Shown: positions 39,901 through 51,236, counted from the first letter of the stretch. The stretch: 64,000 nucleotides of DNA from Candidatus Bathyarchaeia archaeon (GCA_049521795.1 JBEKOM010000002.1:224940-288939); one strand, 5' to 3'. Notes: generated from the sequence alone by a model not told the origin. Program-made: numbers and translations.

Positions 39901-41523
39901 ATGAAGGAAAAGGCGATTATCGTATTGATCTTATTTCTGGTATCGAGTTGTCTCTTTCATGGGAATTTGGGTTACGTCGGCGTGGAAGCTTCGGACACGT
40001 ATCCTGTACATAACGTCAATACGGGTCTAAACTATTCGTCTATTCAAGCAGCAATAGATGCCCCTCAGACCGTCAACGGGAACACAATTCTGGTCGATGC
40101 AGGAACGTACAACACGACTTTTGTTGTTGACAAATCTTTAGCGATAATCGGAAGTGGAAGAGAAAACACTGTCGTTGACGGAGGAGGAGGATACTCCGTA
40201 GTCTGGGTGGATGCCAACGACGTTCTATTTGAAGGGTTCACGGTGAAGGGTGGCCTCGTTGGAATATACGTTGACCATTCTGACAACTGTGTCTTGCGAG
40301 AAAACAGCTTGACTGACATGACCGATTACTACGCCATTTGGGCTGTTTACTCTGGCAACCTGACCATAGATCAGAACATCGTTGGGCCTAATTCTTGTTC
40401 TGGTATTCTCGTCTCAAACTCGCTGGGCTTCCAGGTTATGGACAACGATGTGCACAACAATGGAGGACAGGGCTACGGGATCAACGCCAACGCTTCGTTC
40501 AACGGAGTTATCGCAGGAAACAATGTTTATCAGAACGCTTACGATGGAATCGGGTTGTCAAAAGGTTCCCGAAACGTCACCATATCAAAGAGCACCATCA
40601 GAGATAACGTGCTTTTCGGCGTCGACATTATTGATCCTGACTGTGAGGACAATCTCATCTACGACAACAATATCATAAACAACACTAAGCAGGCATCGGT
40701 GTTTTCTCCTAATCGCTGGGACAACGGCCTTGAGGGAAACTACTGGAGTGACTACGTTGGCGTTGACCAGGATCAAGATGGTATAGGTGACACGCCGTAC
40801 CTTGTGAGTGGGAACAACACGGACAACTATCCCTTAATGGGTGTGTTTTCTGTCTTTAAGACTTCGTTAGGCTATGACGTGGACGTGATCTCTAACTCGT
40901 CGATAGCTTCCTTCGCCTATTTTGCGTCCAACGGCACAATTGCGATGCAAGTTCTGAGCAACGTATTATCACATACGACGAGTTTCTGCAGGGTTCGCAT
41001 TCCTCACGGCTTGATGACTGAACCGTACAATGTCACTGTGGACGGAGCCAGTCCGCTGTACTGGAACTACACGGTCTACGACGACGGGAAAAGTAGGTGG
41101 ATTTATTTCGAGTATCAACGCTCGGCGCGTGGGGTGGTGATTCTGGGTCTTCCTCCGCCGCCTACTGTTTCTATAGTTTTGCCAGAGAACAAGACGTACA
41201 CGGTCAGCGATGTCCCGTTGACGTTCACGGTCGACGAGGAGACTTTCTCCGTGACTTATAGCTTGGATGGGCAGAGTAACGTGACAATTGATGGTAACAC
41301 TACGCTGCCTGGCGTTTCGAACGGGACGCATGTGCTTGTCGTCTATGCTCGAAACGATTTTGGAGAAACGGGGGCCTCGAACCCTGTGTACTTCAGTGTA
41401 AGTGCAGTGGGTTCAGGACTTTTTCTGGTCTGGGTTTCAGTTGCGGCGGTGGCGCTAGCAGTGACTGTGGTTCTGGTCTATTTTAGGGTGCTGAAGAGAA
41501 AGAAGCGAGAGAAGAACGGCTAG
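39901..41523 (+). CDS. NosD-type beta-helix surface protein with C-terminal TM
   Basis: YSSIQAAIDA, GNYWSDYVG, DNYPLMG; paralog of 21300..23147. Confidence 0.85.
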   Translation: MKEKAIIVLILFLVSSCLFHGNLGYVGVEASDTYPVHNVNTGLNYSSIQAAIDAPQTVNGNTILVDAGTYNTTFVVDKSLAIIGSGRENTVVDGGGGYSVVWVDANDVLFEGFTVKGGLVGIYVDHSDNCVLRENSLTDMTDYYAIWAVYSGNLTIDQNIVGPNSCSGILVSNSLGFQVMDNDVHNNGGQGYGINANASFNGVIAGNNVYQNAYDGIGLSKGSRNVTISKSTIRDNVLFGVDIIDPDCEDNLIYDNNIINNTKQASVFSPNRWDNGLEGNYWSDYVGVDQDQDGIGDTPYLVSGNNTDNYPLMGVFSVFKTSLGYDVDVISNSSIASFAYFASNGTIAMQVLSNVLSHTTSFCRVRIPHGLMTEPYNVTVDGASPLYWNYTVYDDGKSRWIYFEYQRSARGVVILGLPPPPTVSIVLPENKTYTVSDVPLTFTVDEETFSVTYSLDGQSNVTIDGNTTLPGVSNGTHVLVVYARNDFGETGASNPVYFSVSAVGSGLFLVWVSVAAVALAVTVVLVYFRVLKRKKREKNG

Positions 41524-41558
41524 ACGTTCGTTCAAGTCTGCGGTTTGAGGGTTTTCGT

Positions 41559-42461
41559 GTGCAGGGAAGGACGCGGCAGCAGGCTTTGGCGGAGGGCGTT
41601 ACAGCTGGCGTTTTCTTTGGAACGGCGGCAGTATTCGTGCGGCTTGTGCAGGGTCTGGACTCGTTCTCCATAGTGTTCTGGCGTCTCGTAATAGGTTGCG
41701 CCGCGCTGGCTACTGCTCTTGTGGTCTTCAGCCATTCGTTTCAGTTCAATCTTGTCAAGAAAAAGCTAAAGGAGCTTTTGAGTCTCAGTCTTTTCCTGGG
41801 TCTTCACTTCGTTCTTTTCACTTTTTCCGTGCGGGACACGACGATCTTGAACGCGACGGTTCTGGTCAGCACAACGCCGATTTTTTCCATGTTTGTTTCA
41901 AGCTTGGTCTTCAAAGCTAAGCCGTCTCGCTTCGCGACCGTGAGCTTGATGATTTCTTTTCTGGGCGTGTGTCTCATCGCCTTCGGTGAGGCGACGGCTG
42001 CGAAGACTGTTGGCCAGGGTGTTTCGGCGACTTTGAAGGGCGACTTGGAAGCTGTCGGCGCAGCGGTGGTTGAGGCTTTCTACCTCAACTTCGCAGTGAG
42101 AGTTAGGAAGCAACTAAGTCTCTTGTCGGCGATGTCGTCGATTTACGCGTTTTCAGCCATAATAGTTGCAGTAATCTATGTGCCCGCTGGAAACGTGGCT
42201 TCACCACTGCCGCTTATTGCGCAAAATGCTCTTCCGCTGGTTGGGCTTGGACTTCTTCCAACGGCGGTCGCTCACACGCTGTATTTTTCTTCTTTGTCAA
42301 ACCTGAAATCGTTTGAGACGGCTACTTTGTCTCTTTTGGAGCCTGTGGGCGCAACGATTCTAGGCATAGCTGCCTTTCAAGAGGTTCCTGCTCCAATCTT
42401 TGCCTTCGGCGCAGGGCTAGTTTTAGCGGGCATATTCTTCATCGTTAAGCAGAGTAGGTGA
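41559..42461 (+). CDS. DMT/EamA family transporter
   Basis: About 10 TM; LVSTTPIF, LLEPVGATILG. Confidence 0.88.
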   Translation: MQGRTRQQALAEGVTAGVFFGTAAVFVRLVQGLDSFSIVFWRLVIGCAALATALVVFSHSFQFNLVKKKLKELLSLSLFLGLHFVLFTFSVRDTTILNATVLVSTTPIFSMFVSSLVFKAKPSRFATVSLMISFLGVCLIAFGEATAAKTVGQGVSATLKGDLEAVGAAVVEAFYLNFAVRVRKQLSLLSAMSSIYAFSAIIVAVIYVPAGNVASPLPLIAQNALPLVGLGLLPTAVAHTLYFSSLSNLKSFETATLSLLEPVGATILGIAAFQEVPAPIFAFGAGLVLAGIFFIVKQSR

Positions 42462-42720
42462 GGAACTGGTGCAGGCCTGATGGAAACCTGTTTTGCTTGA
42501 ATAGTTCGCAGTCTCAAGTTTCGAGAAAGCCTTGCCGAACCTTCTAGAGGCAGTTTCTGCAAGAATTAGAGCATTCCCGGGTTCGCGTTTTGCCTCGTCT
42601 AACACGCCTACGTACCCTCTCTCTAAAGTTTTCAGCGCGAGTCCTTTGAAAGGCTTTTCATAGTTGCTTAAACGGTTGGCCGAGTGGGCTTGGTCGGTTC
42701 CCCAGGCTAGCGCTGTTGGC

Positions 42721-43473
42721 CTAGGTCGTCGCTTTCACTTCAGTTGTGGGTCCTGCTTCTTTCTCAGGTTTGATTTCAGCTTTCTTGGGTTCAACCTTGA
42801 AAGTTTCAGTGAACTTGACGGAGGTTGTTCCTGGGAAGAATCTTTGTATGTCATTGGCTGTGCCTCTTTTGGCTACTTGAACGCCTTCGACGTAGAATGC
42901 TTCTTCCGGCATTTCAACGTTGACCACGTTGGTCTTCACTGTGAACTCAAACTTGTTTTCTTCCACAGCGGGCATTCTTCTGTGGATAAGGGCCGCGATC
43001 TTTTCTTTCTTTGTCTCGAGTTTCTTCTTCAGCGTTACCTCGTAGACCAAGGTTTTTCCTGCCAGTGGAGGGTTAAAATCAAGCAGAACTCGCCCAGCTC
43101 CAATCGCTCGAACGGTGGCACTCTTGCCGCCGTATTCAATTCGCAATCCAACGCTTGGAGTGATGTCTCTTGCCAGTAACTGTTTCAGCGCGACGCGCTT
43201 GACTTTCTCTGCGTCTCTTTGTCCGAACGCTTTTTCAGGCGGTATTTCAACAGCAGCGGGTTTGCCAACCTCCATTGTCGTTAGGCTGTCATCCAGCGCC
43301 TTCAGGACCCATCCTTCGCCTATGACCACAAGTTTAGACTCGCATATGTCGCCTTCTTTGAAAAGATGCTCCTTTTTAGCTGTCTCTTCAATCGTTGTGT
43401 CGAAGATCTCCCCTGTCTCCTTCACCTTTGCAACATAGTCAATTAGTATGAAGTCACCCTTTTGCAAACTCAT
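42721..43473 (-). CDS. slyD: Long-type FKBP peptidyl-prolyl isomerase
   Basis: GDFILIDY, FDTT, IPPEKAFG, DFNPPLAGK. Confidence 0.92.
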   Translation of the reverse strand: MSLQKGDFILIDYVAKVKETGEIFDTTIEETAKKEHLFKEGDICESKLVVIGEGWVLKALDDSLTTMEVGKPAAVEIPPEKAFGQRDAEKVKRVALKQLLARDITPSVGLRIEYGGKSATVRAIGAGRVLLDFNPPLAGKTLVYEVTLKKKLETKKEKIAALIHRRMPAVEENKFEFTVKTNVVNVEMPEEAFYVEGVQVAKRGTANDIQRFFPGTTSVKFTETFKVEPKKAEIKPEKEAGPTTEVKATT

Positions 43474-44173
43474 TGTGCATCATCCTTTCCAAAGCATTGG
43501 CAAACTAGGTCTTAAACCGCAATAAAGCTTTCGCCGTTATAACTGCGTTCCGGATCAGCTGATGGACAATTCAGACCTGCTATCTTTCTTATTTTGTCTA
43601 AAGTATGGTCTGATGTCTGCGACAACCAGACTGCGGCATCGGGGAGCTTGACGCGCCGCGCCAAACATGCCAGAATTTAACAGAAAGAATGAGCAAGGGT
43701 GTTTTGGAGTTCTACACTTCATTAAGAAGGTTTATTAAGTCTTAATACATATATTAATGCCTGTCTGCTCCCGCAGGTGAATCCAAGACGAAGAAAACCA
43801 GCCTTGCCCGAAAAGAATCATCTTCTCTTTTGAGCCAGAAGAACAGGCAAAAGGAGGAGCCCAACTTGGAAGTAACTGTTTTGCTACCAGATTCGCCCCT
43901 TGAATTGAGGAAGCGAGAGGCAAGTAAGCCGCTCTATCTCACTCGATACGAGTAGAAAATGTTTGAGAAGCAGGCTGAAGACATGGACTTCAGGTAAATT
44001 CTCAGTTATTTTTTCCAACTGCCTGACGTGAAATTCGTTGCGTCTGATTCACTTTCTCTGCAGACGTTTACGATCGACCTTTTCCTTCTTCAGTTGCATG
44101 ATGACAAGAATTAAATAGTATCTTCTAGTAGTGCTTACTTCTTTAACTTGGAATGTAATCGAGGTGATAACAA

Positions 44174-44386
44174 ATGGTCAGTGAGGGAAAAGGTCGCCTT
44201 TTCAGGAGGAAAGACGGAAAGTACCTGCTATACATACCGGTGGACTTGGCTGAGGACAGCATGTTTCCATTCAAAGAGTACAAGAAGACTAAGAGGGGAA
44301 CTGACGCCATTCCCGTAAGAGTTGCTTTCAAGCAGGGAGAGAAGAGGCTGCTAATTGAAAAATGGAATGAACCTGTTGAAGAGTAG
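44174..44386 (+). CDS. Small hypothetical protein (AbrB-like?)
   Basis: GAGGTGA RBS; YLLYIPVDLAEDSMFPF. Confidence 0.7.
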   Translation: MVSEGKGRLFRRKDGKYLLYIPVDLAEDSMFPFKEYKKTKRGTDAIPVRVAFKQGEKRLLIEKWNEPVEE

Positions 44387-44471
44387 GAGCAAGCATATCA
44401 CCTTGGGCAGATGCCACGACCAAACCTAAAAAGGCTTGCTAGTTTGGCAACAAACGTGGCTCTCACAAACT

Positions 44472-44852
44472 TTAGCTTCTTTTCCTTTCCTCAGTTAGTC
44501 CTTCAAGGATTTCATCGGCTGTTCTGATGGTGATTTTCCTGTTCTTTAGTTTCGTTGATTTTTCGATCTGACTTAGGTGCCAAGACCTTTGTCTGTCGTA
44601 GTTGATGACCAGAATGAACCCTGCCAACAGTATGGAAAAACCAGAAAGAGTCAGGATCAGTCCCAGGGTAGCGGATTGACTTAGAGGTTGTTGAAGCATA
44701 AGTGGAAAAAGATTCAGCTGGCCTACAGCCATGATGGTGACGATGAGGCCCCCTATCAGCAAGTTCATGCCAAGGATCATCATCAAGAAAGCTAGGATTT
44801 CGCTGTGAGCGTTCTGCTCTGCTTTTCTGTAGAGAAAGTCTTCATAGGACAA
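44472..44852 (-). CDS. Two-TM hypothetical membrane protein
   Basis: Two hydrophobic helices. Confidence 0.7.
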   Translation of the reverse strand: MSYEDFLYRKAEQNAHSEILAFLMMILGMNLLIGGLIVTIMAVGQLNLFPLMLQQPLSQSATLGLILTLSGFSILLAGFILVINYDRQRSWHLSQIEKSTKLKNRKITIRTADEILEGLTEERKRS

Positions 44853-45246
44853 TTGCTACCACTCAACGCTCTTCAATTTACGCAAAATAGTGTTGGACAA
44901 GAATAGTAAAGTTTGTGATTTTCTGATAAGGATTCAAAATACAATTTTTCAATGTTGAGAACATTGCCTACAAGTTGCAACGCATTTGGCAGACAAGTCC
45001 TGCGAGATGCCGAATTCCAATTCTTCAACAACTAGGTTGACATGTGCCAGAGAGGCCATCGGCGCTAATGCTGAGATTTCCATAAAACGCAAGTGTTCCA
45101 CCCGGCCTTCCTGAGAAGCCATGACCGTTGACTCGAGCAGCAGACGTGATTTTCGATGTCTGCTGACTCCATGATTGCCCAGCAGCTACTCATTCTATCA
45201 ACGGCGCGCTCCAACAAAGTGAGGATCGAAATCTTGCTGTCTAAGC

Positions 45247-45480
45247 TCAACTGTGGATGGTTCTGGAAGTGTCTGACGCGCCGGTCTTCGAATCCTCTGC
45301 CTCCTTGTCAGACGTTAAACGCGACCTCTTAGGAAGGTCATGAGGGTGTGGTTTCAATCGCACTCGATTATGACAGTAAGGGCACATTTTGCGACTTGAA
45401 CTGTCAAATGCCAAAGCTGTTCTCGCGATCCAGCGCTCGCAATGGCCACAGTAGGCACTATGTTCATATTTCCTGTTCAT
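45247..45480 (-). CDS. Small Zn-finger protein
   Basis: CGHC...CPYC. Confidence 0.5.
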   Translation of the reverse strand: MNRKYEHSAYCGHCERWIARTALAFDSSSRKMCPYCHNRVRLKPHPHDLPKRSRLTSDKEAEDSKTGASDTSRTIHS

Positions 45481-45500
45481 CGTGATCGCTCGCTTGGCAC

Positions 45501-46760
45501 TTATGCTGGTGGCGGTCGCGTTCCCAGCGTCAGCGACAAAGTCAGATTCTCGTCGTTTCTAACCACCACTACACTGATCGTTTGGCCTGGTGAAGTTGAC
45601 TCTTCCAAGCAAGTTGAGAGATCGTCCGTGTTCTTGATTCTCGTGTTGTTGATTGCTATCAAGATGTCTCCTCCTATTGTCACCGACGTTCCAGACGCAG
45701 GGTCCTGAAATGGGTTCGCGCCGCTTCGAAGACCAGCTTTATCCGCTGGCCCACCGCTTGTGACCTGAGTGATTAGCACACCGTAGGTTACGTTTGTGCT
45801 CATCGCTTGTGCAATCGCATAACCCATGTTTATTCCGGACGTTCCTAACCAAGGATGACTGTTATAAGAACCGGTTGTGATCAAAGACTCTGTTTCTCGC
45901 AGTATCATGCTCGAAGGGATTGCTAGCCCCAACCCTTGAGCAGCCACTCCTTGGGAAGTGACCGCGACATAAGAGGTCATGCCGACGACTTCACCTTCGT
46001 AGTTCAGAAGTGGTCCTCCAGAATTACCCGGGTTTATCGGCGTCGTAGTCTGTATGCAATCAGCTATATCATAGCTGGACCAGGACACCGAGACTGTCCT
46101 GCCCAGGGCGCTGACTATTCCCGAAGTCATTGATCCTGTGTATCCCAAGGGATTACCGACGGCGAACACGGGATCCCCAACGTTTAAGGTTGATGAACTC
46201 GTGATTCCAAGGGCCTTGTACTCGTACTGTGGCGCCTTTGCTGAAAGCACTGCAAGATCCGCGTAAGGATCTGTACCGGTCACGTTAGCTGCGTAAGTGT
46301 CTCCGTCAGCGAACGTTACGGTAACGTTGATTGCGCTTTCGACAACGTGGTAGTTTGTGATTATGACAAATTGTCCAGTCAAGTTGGAGACAAAGCCTGA
46401 GCCCTCAACCCCTGCGTAGTAGGGATTACCGAAAAAGCCGTATTCTACTAATATTCCTTGAACCATGACAACAGAGTCTTTGACCTGCTTGTACAATTGA
46501 GACAGCGAACCATTGTCTCCTAGAAGGTAAGTGTTGTTCGCGTAGGTCACGTTATCGGAGGACGAGTCTTGTGTCGACTGGAGGTTTGTAACCTGTTTTT
46601 CAAGAGTTGACACTTCGCTTTGGAGGCTGCTGATTTGGCCAGAAGTGGTCAAGCTACTCATGCCATAGCCGAATATTCCTCCTATCAACACGCTTATGAT
46701 GACCGTCGCGATCAAAGCCGCGAACAAATGCGGGGTTTTTGGTTTTTCAGGCAATTCCAA
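45501..46760 (-). CDS. HtrA/DegP-like serine protease with PDZ domain
   Basis: TNYHVV, ADLAVL, PGNSGGPL; GPADKAGL. Confidence 0.93.
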   Translation of the reverse strand: MELPEKPKTPHLFAALIATVIISVLIGGIFGYGMSSLTTSGQISSLQSEVSTLEKQVTNLQSTQDSSSDNVTYANNTYLLGDNGSLSQLYKQVKDSVVMVQGILVEYGFFGNPYYAGVEGSGFVSNLTGQFVIITNYHVVESAINVTVTFADGDTYAANVTGTDPYADLAVLSAKAPQYEYKALGITSSSTLNVGDPVFAVGNPLGYTGSMTSGIVSALGRTVSVSWSSYDIADCIQTTTPINPGNSGGPLLNYEGEVVGMTSYVAVTSQGVAAQGLGLAIPSSMILRETESLITTGSYNSHPWLGTSGINMGYAIAQAMSTNVTYGVLITQVTSGGPADKAGLRSGANPFQDPASGTSVTIGGDILIAINNTRIKNTDDLSTCLEESTSPGQTISVVVVRNDENLTLSLTLGTRPPPA

Positions 46761-46779
46761 TTACGATCCTCCTTAATCA

Positions 46780-47562
46780 TCATAGTCTTTTTCTGCAACT
46801 GGGACATCTTTCGTCTTCAGGCTGAATCTTGGTTCCACAATGTGGACACATGAGCTTCTTCCTTACTAGATGAAGACCCTGCTTTTCCTTTGTGATTTTT
46901 CCATCCTGCAGAAGGAGCATTCTCTCAGTGTGTGACGCTACTTGACTATCGTGTGTTACCATTATGATCGTGGTTCCTCGGTTAATGTTCAGGTTTGCGA
47001 GCAATCTAACAATTTCATACTTGTTCTTTGTATCCAGATTTCCAGTGGGTTCATCAGCCAGAATTATGGCTGGATCATTTGCCAGAGCACGTGCTATCGC
47101 CACTCTTTGCTGCTCACCAGCGCTCAACCGCTGTGGCCTGTGCTCTTCTCTTCCTCCCAGCCCTACTAATTCCAGTAATTTGCGAGCTTTTTCTCTTCTC
47201 TCAGTTTTGGATTTTCTAGTGCATTCCATGGGTAGTTCCACGTTTTCGGCAGCGCTTAGGTATGGCAAAAGGTTGAAAGTCTGGAAGATAAACCCAATTT
47301 TGTTCCTTCTGATGCTGCAGAGTTGTCTATCGGGCAGCTTTGCAACATCGACTTCGTCCAGGACCATTTTTCCACTAGTTGGCTTGTCAAGACAGCCTAA
47401 AACATTCAGCAGTGTTGTCTTGCCTGAACCAGAAGGTCCCATGATCGCAACAAACTCACCTTTGTTCACTTGAAGGTTCACGCCGGAAAGGGCAGGGATC
47501 TTGCGCTTGTTCAGGGTGTAGATTTTCGACAGGCCTTCTGCCTTAAGAATGACGTCACTCAT
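46780..47562 (-). CDS. ABC ATPase (LolD/MacB type) with C-terminal Zn ribbon
   Basis: GPSGSGKT, ADEPTGNLD; CPHC...CPSC. Confidence 0.9.
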   Translation of the reverse strand: MSDVILKAEGLSKIYTLNKRKIPALSGVNLQVNKGEFVAIMGPSGSGKTTLLNVLGCLDKPTSGKMVLDEVDVAKLPDRQLCSIRRNKIGFIFQTFNLLPYLSAAENVELPMECTRKSKTERREKARKLLELVGLGGREEHRPQRLSAGEQQRVAIARALANDPAIILADEPTGNLDTKNKYEIVRLLANLNINRGTTIIMVTHDSQVASHTERMLLLQDGKITKEKQGLHLVRKKLMCPHCGTKIQPEDERCPSCRKRL

Positions 47563-48946
47563 ACCTCATCGCCTCTGCAGGTCTTGTTCTTGACGCTCTC
47601 CAAGCCGGGTACAGACTGCCTAGGGCTCCTAGCAACACAGCCGCCCCGATCGCGATCATCATTGTCTGAAGAGAAGGCGCCACCGTGACGGTTGATGCGC
47701 CCAATACTCCAAAGTTAGCAAAGTTGCCGCCGCCCGTGGTTCCTGGACGGAACTGAGAGTTGCCGCTTGAACCGGTTATTTGGGGAAGCAGAATCCCAGA
47801 CAGAAAAGGGGCTCCAACGGTTCCTATCGCTATGCCCACGACGCCGGCTACGAAACTCAGCAGCATTCCTTCGAGCATAAACTGGCTCATCACGTTCCAG
47901 TTGCCGAAGCCTATCGCCTTGAGCGTACCGATCTCCTTGGTCCTCTCACGCACAGTATACAACATGACGAACAGGACTATCAAGCAAGTTGCCACGACTG
48001 CAATGACGATTTCTTGAGTTGCGACCGTCTCCGTCTGGCTGAGGGTTGCCTGAGCATTCGTCAACGTCTGGGTGTACATGGTCTGCATGTTGTCGAGCTG
48101 GCTCAGGCGATCCTTGTACGTCGTAACCTGAAGACTTGTGTATGCTGCTCCTATCGCCTCGGCTATACTATCCACATCGGAAACATCCTCCGCGTACACA
48201 TCGAGCCTGGTCAAGTTCCCTGTAAGGCCCGTTGCCGTCTGTGCATCAGTAACGTTCATGTACGCACTTCTTGTTTCCATGCTTCCTTGACCCGACGCGT
48301 CATAGACCCCGACAACCGTGAAGGACGTGCCGTAGATTTCCACCTTGTCACCGACTCCGACTCCAAAATAGGTTGTGAGATTCGAGCTCAAAAGAACGAC
48401 CCCGCTGTCTCCCTCGCGCAGGTTCCTCCCCGCTGTTATGTTCGTTGGCAAAATGGAATAGTCGTCGATGAAAGAGGAATTCAGGGTAACACCTGTAAAC
48501 GTATAGACAGGCCTAGAGATCGTGAAGCTTCTTCCCTCAGGTCCGCTTATGGTTTCCGATGTTGTCTCACTGGACGACGCCGTGAGGAAGCCTACAACGT
48601 CCTTGACACCGCTAATAGTACTAATTCCGTTAGCAACGGATTCGTTCACATAGGTTTGCTGTCGCTCCGACCCTCCGAACGGAAATCCGGATGATCCTCC
48701 CGGGAACATGCCTTGTCCAGAAGTCTGACATTCTATCAGCGTAGCAGTCTTGTTGATCTGTCCTTGCATGGCTATCATCGTACTGTTGAAATCCGTGGTC
48801 ATGGATTGCGCGGCCGCCTGATTTGCCACGATGCCCGCAGGAATCGAAACCATGATTGCCATAGAAAAGCCCAAGGCAATGATCACCAACAACGCTCTCA
48901 TTTTCCTTCTCGACAAGTTCCTAACTGCTCTAGTCAAGGCACCCAT
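47555..48946 (-). CDS. MacB/FtsX-like ABC permease
   Basis: RNLSRRKMR, VRERTKEIGTLKAIG, YPAWRAS..PAEAMRYE. Confidence 0.92.
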   Translation of the reverse strand: MGALTRAVRNLSRRKMRALLVIIALGFSMAIMVSIPAGIVANQAAAQSMTTDFNSTMIAMQGQINKTATLIECQTSGQGMFPGGSSGFPFGGSERQQTYVNESVANGISTISGVKDVVGFLTASSSETTSETISGPEGRSFTISRPVYTFTGVTLNSSFIDDYSILPTNITAGRNLREGDSGVVLLSSNLTTYFGVGVGDKVEIYGTSFTVVGVYDASGQGSMETRSAYMNVTDAQTATGLTGNLTRLDVYAEDVSDVDSIAEAIGAAYTSLQVTTYKDRLSQLDNMQTMYTQTLTNAQATLSQTETVATQEIVIAVVATCLIVLFVMLYTVRERTKEIGTLKAIGFGNWNVMSQFMLEGMLLSFVAGVVGIAIGTVGAPFLSGILLPQITGSSGNSQFRPGTTGGGNFANFGVLGASTVTVAPSLQTMMIAIGAAVLLGALGSLYPAWRASRTRPAEAMRYE

Positions 48947-49107
48947 ATCGTTCACCGCCTCAAAAAACGCCGCGTCAGATCCAAAAAAGAGGGATGGCAA
49001 ACAGTCAATTTTGGCATCGTTCCACCCAGACGGGGATTAAGGTTTTGAAACTGTTTCACTGCTGCCATCTCCTCGCTTTGTTCGCAATTCTCTTCAACCA
49101 CAGTAGG

Positions 49108-49141
49108 TTATTAAACCGTTTTTCAGAATTATACCCAAATC
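49108..49141 (-). promoter_or_regulatory. Conserved promoter/operator C, copy 1
   Basis: TTATTAAACCGTTTTTCAGAATTATACCCAAATC on plus strand. Confidence 0.7.
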
Positions 49142-49514
49142 CGCCCCAAATTGGAACGTGCGCTGTTGTCGGCCACCACAGCAGAAACTCAAGGACGTAG
49201 TCGATATCGAAGTTCTCTAAACCGTTTGATTTAGCGGCTTTAGAACTCAGGTGTTGCTTCCATACTGGCCTCGTCTAAACTAATAGCAACATTGTTGAAA
49301 TCACACATTTGTTAGAATCCTTACTCAGCCTATGATGCTTACTTGGTACCGTGCCTTGTGTAATGGCCAACGATGCAAAGCTGCACGATTTGCACAGAGC
49401 CATAAACCACAATTCAAGACAATAACTCCTGCCAAACGATAGCATTCAACACATGGATCCGAGGCATCATCCGTTCATCAAGAAAGTGACTCGCCTTTTG
49501 GCGCCGTCTTTCAT

Positions 49515-49826
49515 TCAGTCCTCCGAGTTCTCCATTCCATACAGTTTAAGCACGGATCGAAAATCCTTGGCGGAATGCAGAAAAATCATGACTCTGAGCA
49601 CATGAACTGCGTCTTGCCCAGCCCTTGCAACTTCCTTGTTAACCTTCCGGATAAAGCGTTTCTCAGCATCAACTGTGCTTTTGAATTTCATAGTCACGGA
49701 ACCATCTTGATCAACACTTCTTCCTCCTGCGCCTACCCTCAAGAAAGTCGAACGAAATGTTGCGACTTTCGTCATTGTCGCCACCAACAACGAGGCAAAT
49801 ATCTCGCATTTGTCTAATGTACCCAT
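49515..49826 (-). CDS. Hypothetical protein or remnant
   Basis: ATG with AGGAAGGA upstream; no recognisable motif. Confidence 0.35.
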   Translation of the reverse strand: MGTLDKCEIFASLLVATMTKVATFRSTFLRVGAGGRSVDQDGSVTMKFKSTVDAEKRFIRKVNKEVARAGQDAVHVLRVMIFLHSAKDFRSVLKLYGMENSED

Positions 49827-50006
49827 CTTCCTTCCTATTTCTCTCGTCTGTTCTTCTTGGGTTCTCGCTGAGGTCCAGAGAGGCTGAAAGGAGAAAGGAG
49901 AGAAGGGAAAAATGATATTCAGCTTTTCTGGGCCTTCACGAGTCCTTCTCGAAGAATAGGTTTTGCAGACTTGTTCTCAACCTCCAAACTGGTCATGGTC
50001 TGCGGA

Positions 50007-50041
50007 TTATTAAGGCGTTTTTCAGAATTTTACCCAATTCC
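50007..50041 (-). promoter_or_regulatory. Conserved promoter/operator C, copy 2
   Basis: TTATTAAGGCGTTTTTCAGAATTTTACCCAATTC. Confidence 0.7.
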
Positions 50042-50159
50042 AGCCCTAATCTGACCTTAATCTCCCGCAGATCTGACGACAAGGATTTAGGGACATATTT
50101 ATTACCTTAGTTCAAATAGGTTTAGCGAAAAACTCCTTGATGTGTGCGGAGCGATATGG

Positions 50160-50462
50160 ATGTCTGCTAGTGCGCGCCCTTTCAAGTATTTGCTCGGATG
50201 GTTAATCGCGGGCACCAGAGGCGGCCCGACCCGCGCCAGAATAATCCAGACCTTGAAGGAAACTCCGCAAAACGCGAATCAGTTGGCAAACAAGCTTGGG
50301 ATGGATTATAGGACGATAAGGCATCATCTCGAAGTGCTTGAGAAAAACAGAATAATCACATCTGTCGGAGAAGGGTATGGTACCACATATTTCTTGTCTC
50401 CAGCAATGGAGGAGAATTACGCCCAGTTCGAGGAGATTTTGAAGAAAATCTGGAAAAAGTAG
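50160..50462 (+). CDS. Winged-helix ArsR-like regulator
   Basis: GTRGGPTRARII, PQNANQLA, DYRTIRHHLEVL, YGTTYFLS. Confidence 0.9.
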   Translation: MSASARPFKYLLGWLIAGTRGGPTRARIIQTLKETPQNANQLANKLGMDYRTIRHHLEVLEKNRIITSVGEGYGTTYFLSPAMEENYAQFEEILKKIWKK

Positions 50463-50479
50463 AAAAGGGGGCAAGACAA

Positions 50480-50935
50480 ATGAGGAGTCGCATGAACAAA
50501 AACGTTAGAAACGGGTTATTACTGGCAACGTTGATAGTGGTAGTGGTGGCTATCTGGGCAGCACTTTGGGCGGAATCCGTCTCTTGGTTTCCTCGTAATC
50601 CTTTTGGACCTCGCCCAATACCCCCGTATGGCAACATTCGTTACGACTTAGAGCTTTTCTACACAGTGGAAACAGTAGTCTCCGCGGTCAATGTGACGCT
50701 TTCAGCCATCCTATTGCTCATGTACGTTGGTATATACCGGAGGACGCGGTCGGAGTTCACGATTGGGCTAATCATATTTTCAGCAGTCCTGCTTCTACAT
50801 GCTTTTGTATCTTTTCCCTTGCTGAGCCGCGCTTTTGGTTTCTATCCTATTGGTCTCGGCCCGTTTGCCATGTTGCCAGACTTGTTCACATGCCTTGCGC
50901 TAGGAGTTCTGCTATATCTGACCTTCAAATATTAG
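50480..50935 (+). CDS. Four-TM membrane protein co-transcribed with the regulator
   Basis: RSEFTIGLIIF; hydrophobic helices. Confidence 0.8.
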   Translation: MRSRMNKNVRNGLLLATLIVVVVAIWAALWAESVSWFPRNPFGPRPIPPYGNIRYDLELFYTVETVVSAVNVTLSAILLLMYVGIYRRTRSEFTIGLIIFSAVLLLHAFVSFPLLSRAFGFYPIGLGPFAMLPDLFTCLALGVLLYLTFKY

Positions 50936-51236
50936 GAATACCATCTGCAAAATGACGTAATAGCTCTCGCAAGACTGAGGTAACCAAAGACAAGCTGTCT
51001 TCTTGCATGGGAATGAGATGTCTGCGGAGGAACGGTAATTGTCGCGCGCCTTCAATAGTTCTTCACTGCATGCTTTCACATTGAACCTTGGTGATTTGCG
51101 CTCTTGGCCTTCGACCCTTCGAGTTGGAACCATTTGATTTTTCCCCGCCTATTTACGTTCTCATTAATGGCTGTGTCACTATATCTCACCGTTGATTGCT
51201 GGAAAGCGAGGTTGAACTCTCTTGTCTTTAATTGGT

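Noticed and set aside
47780-48694. 304-aa plus-strand ORF
   Set aside because: Antisense shadow of the MacB permease with non-globular composition. The same applies to most short overlapping ORFs in the track.
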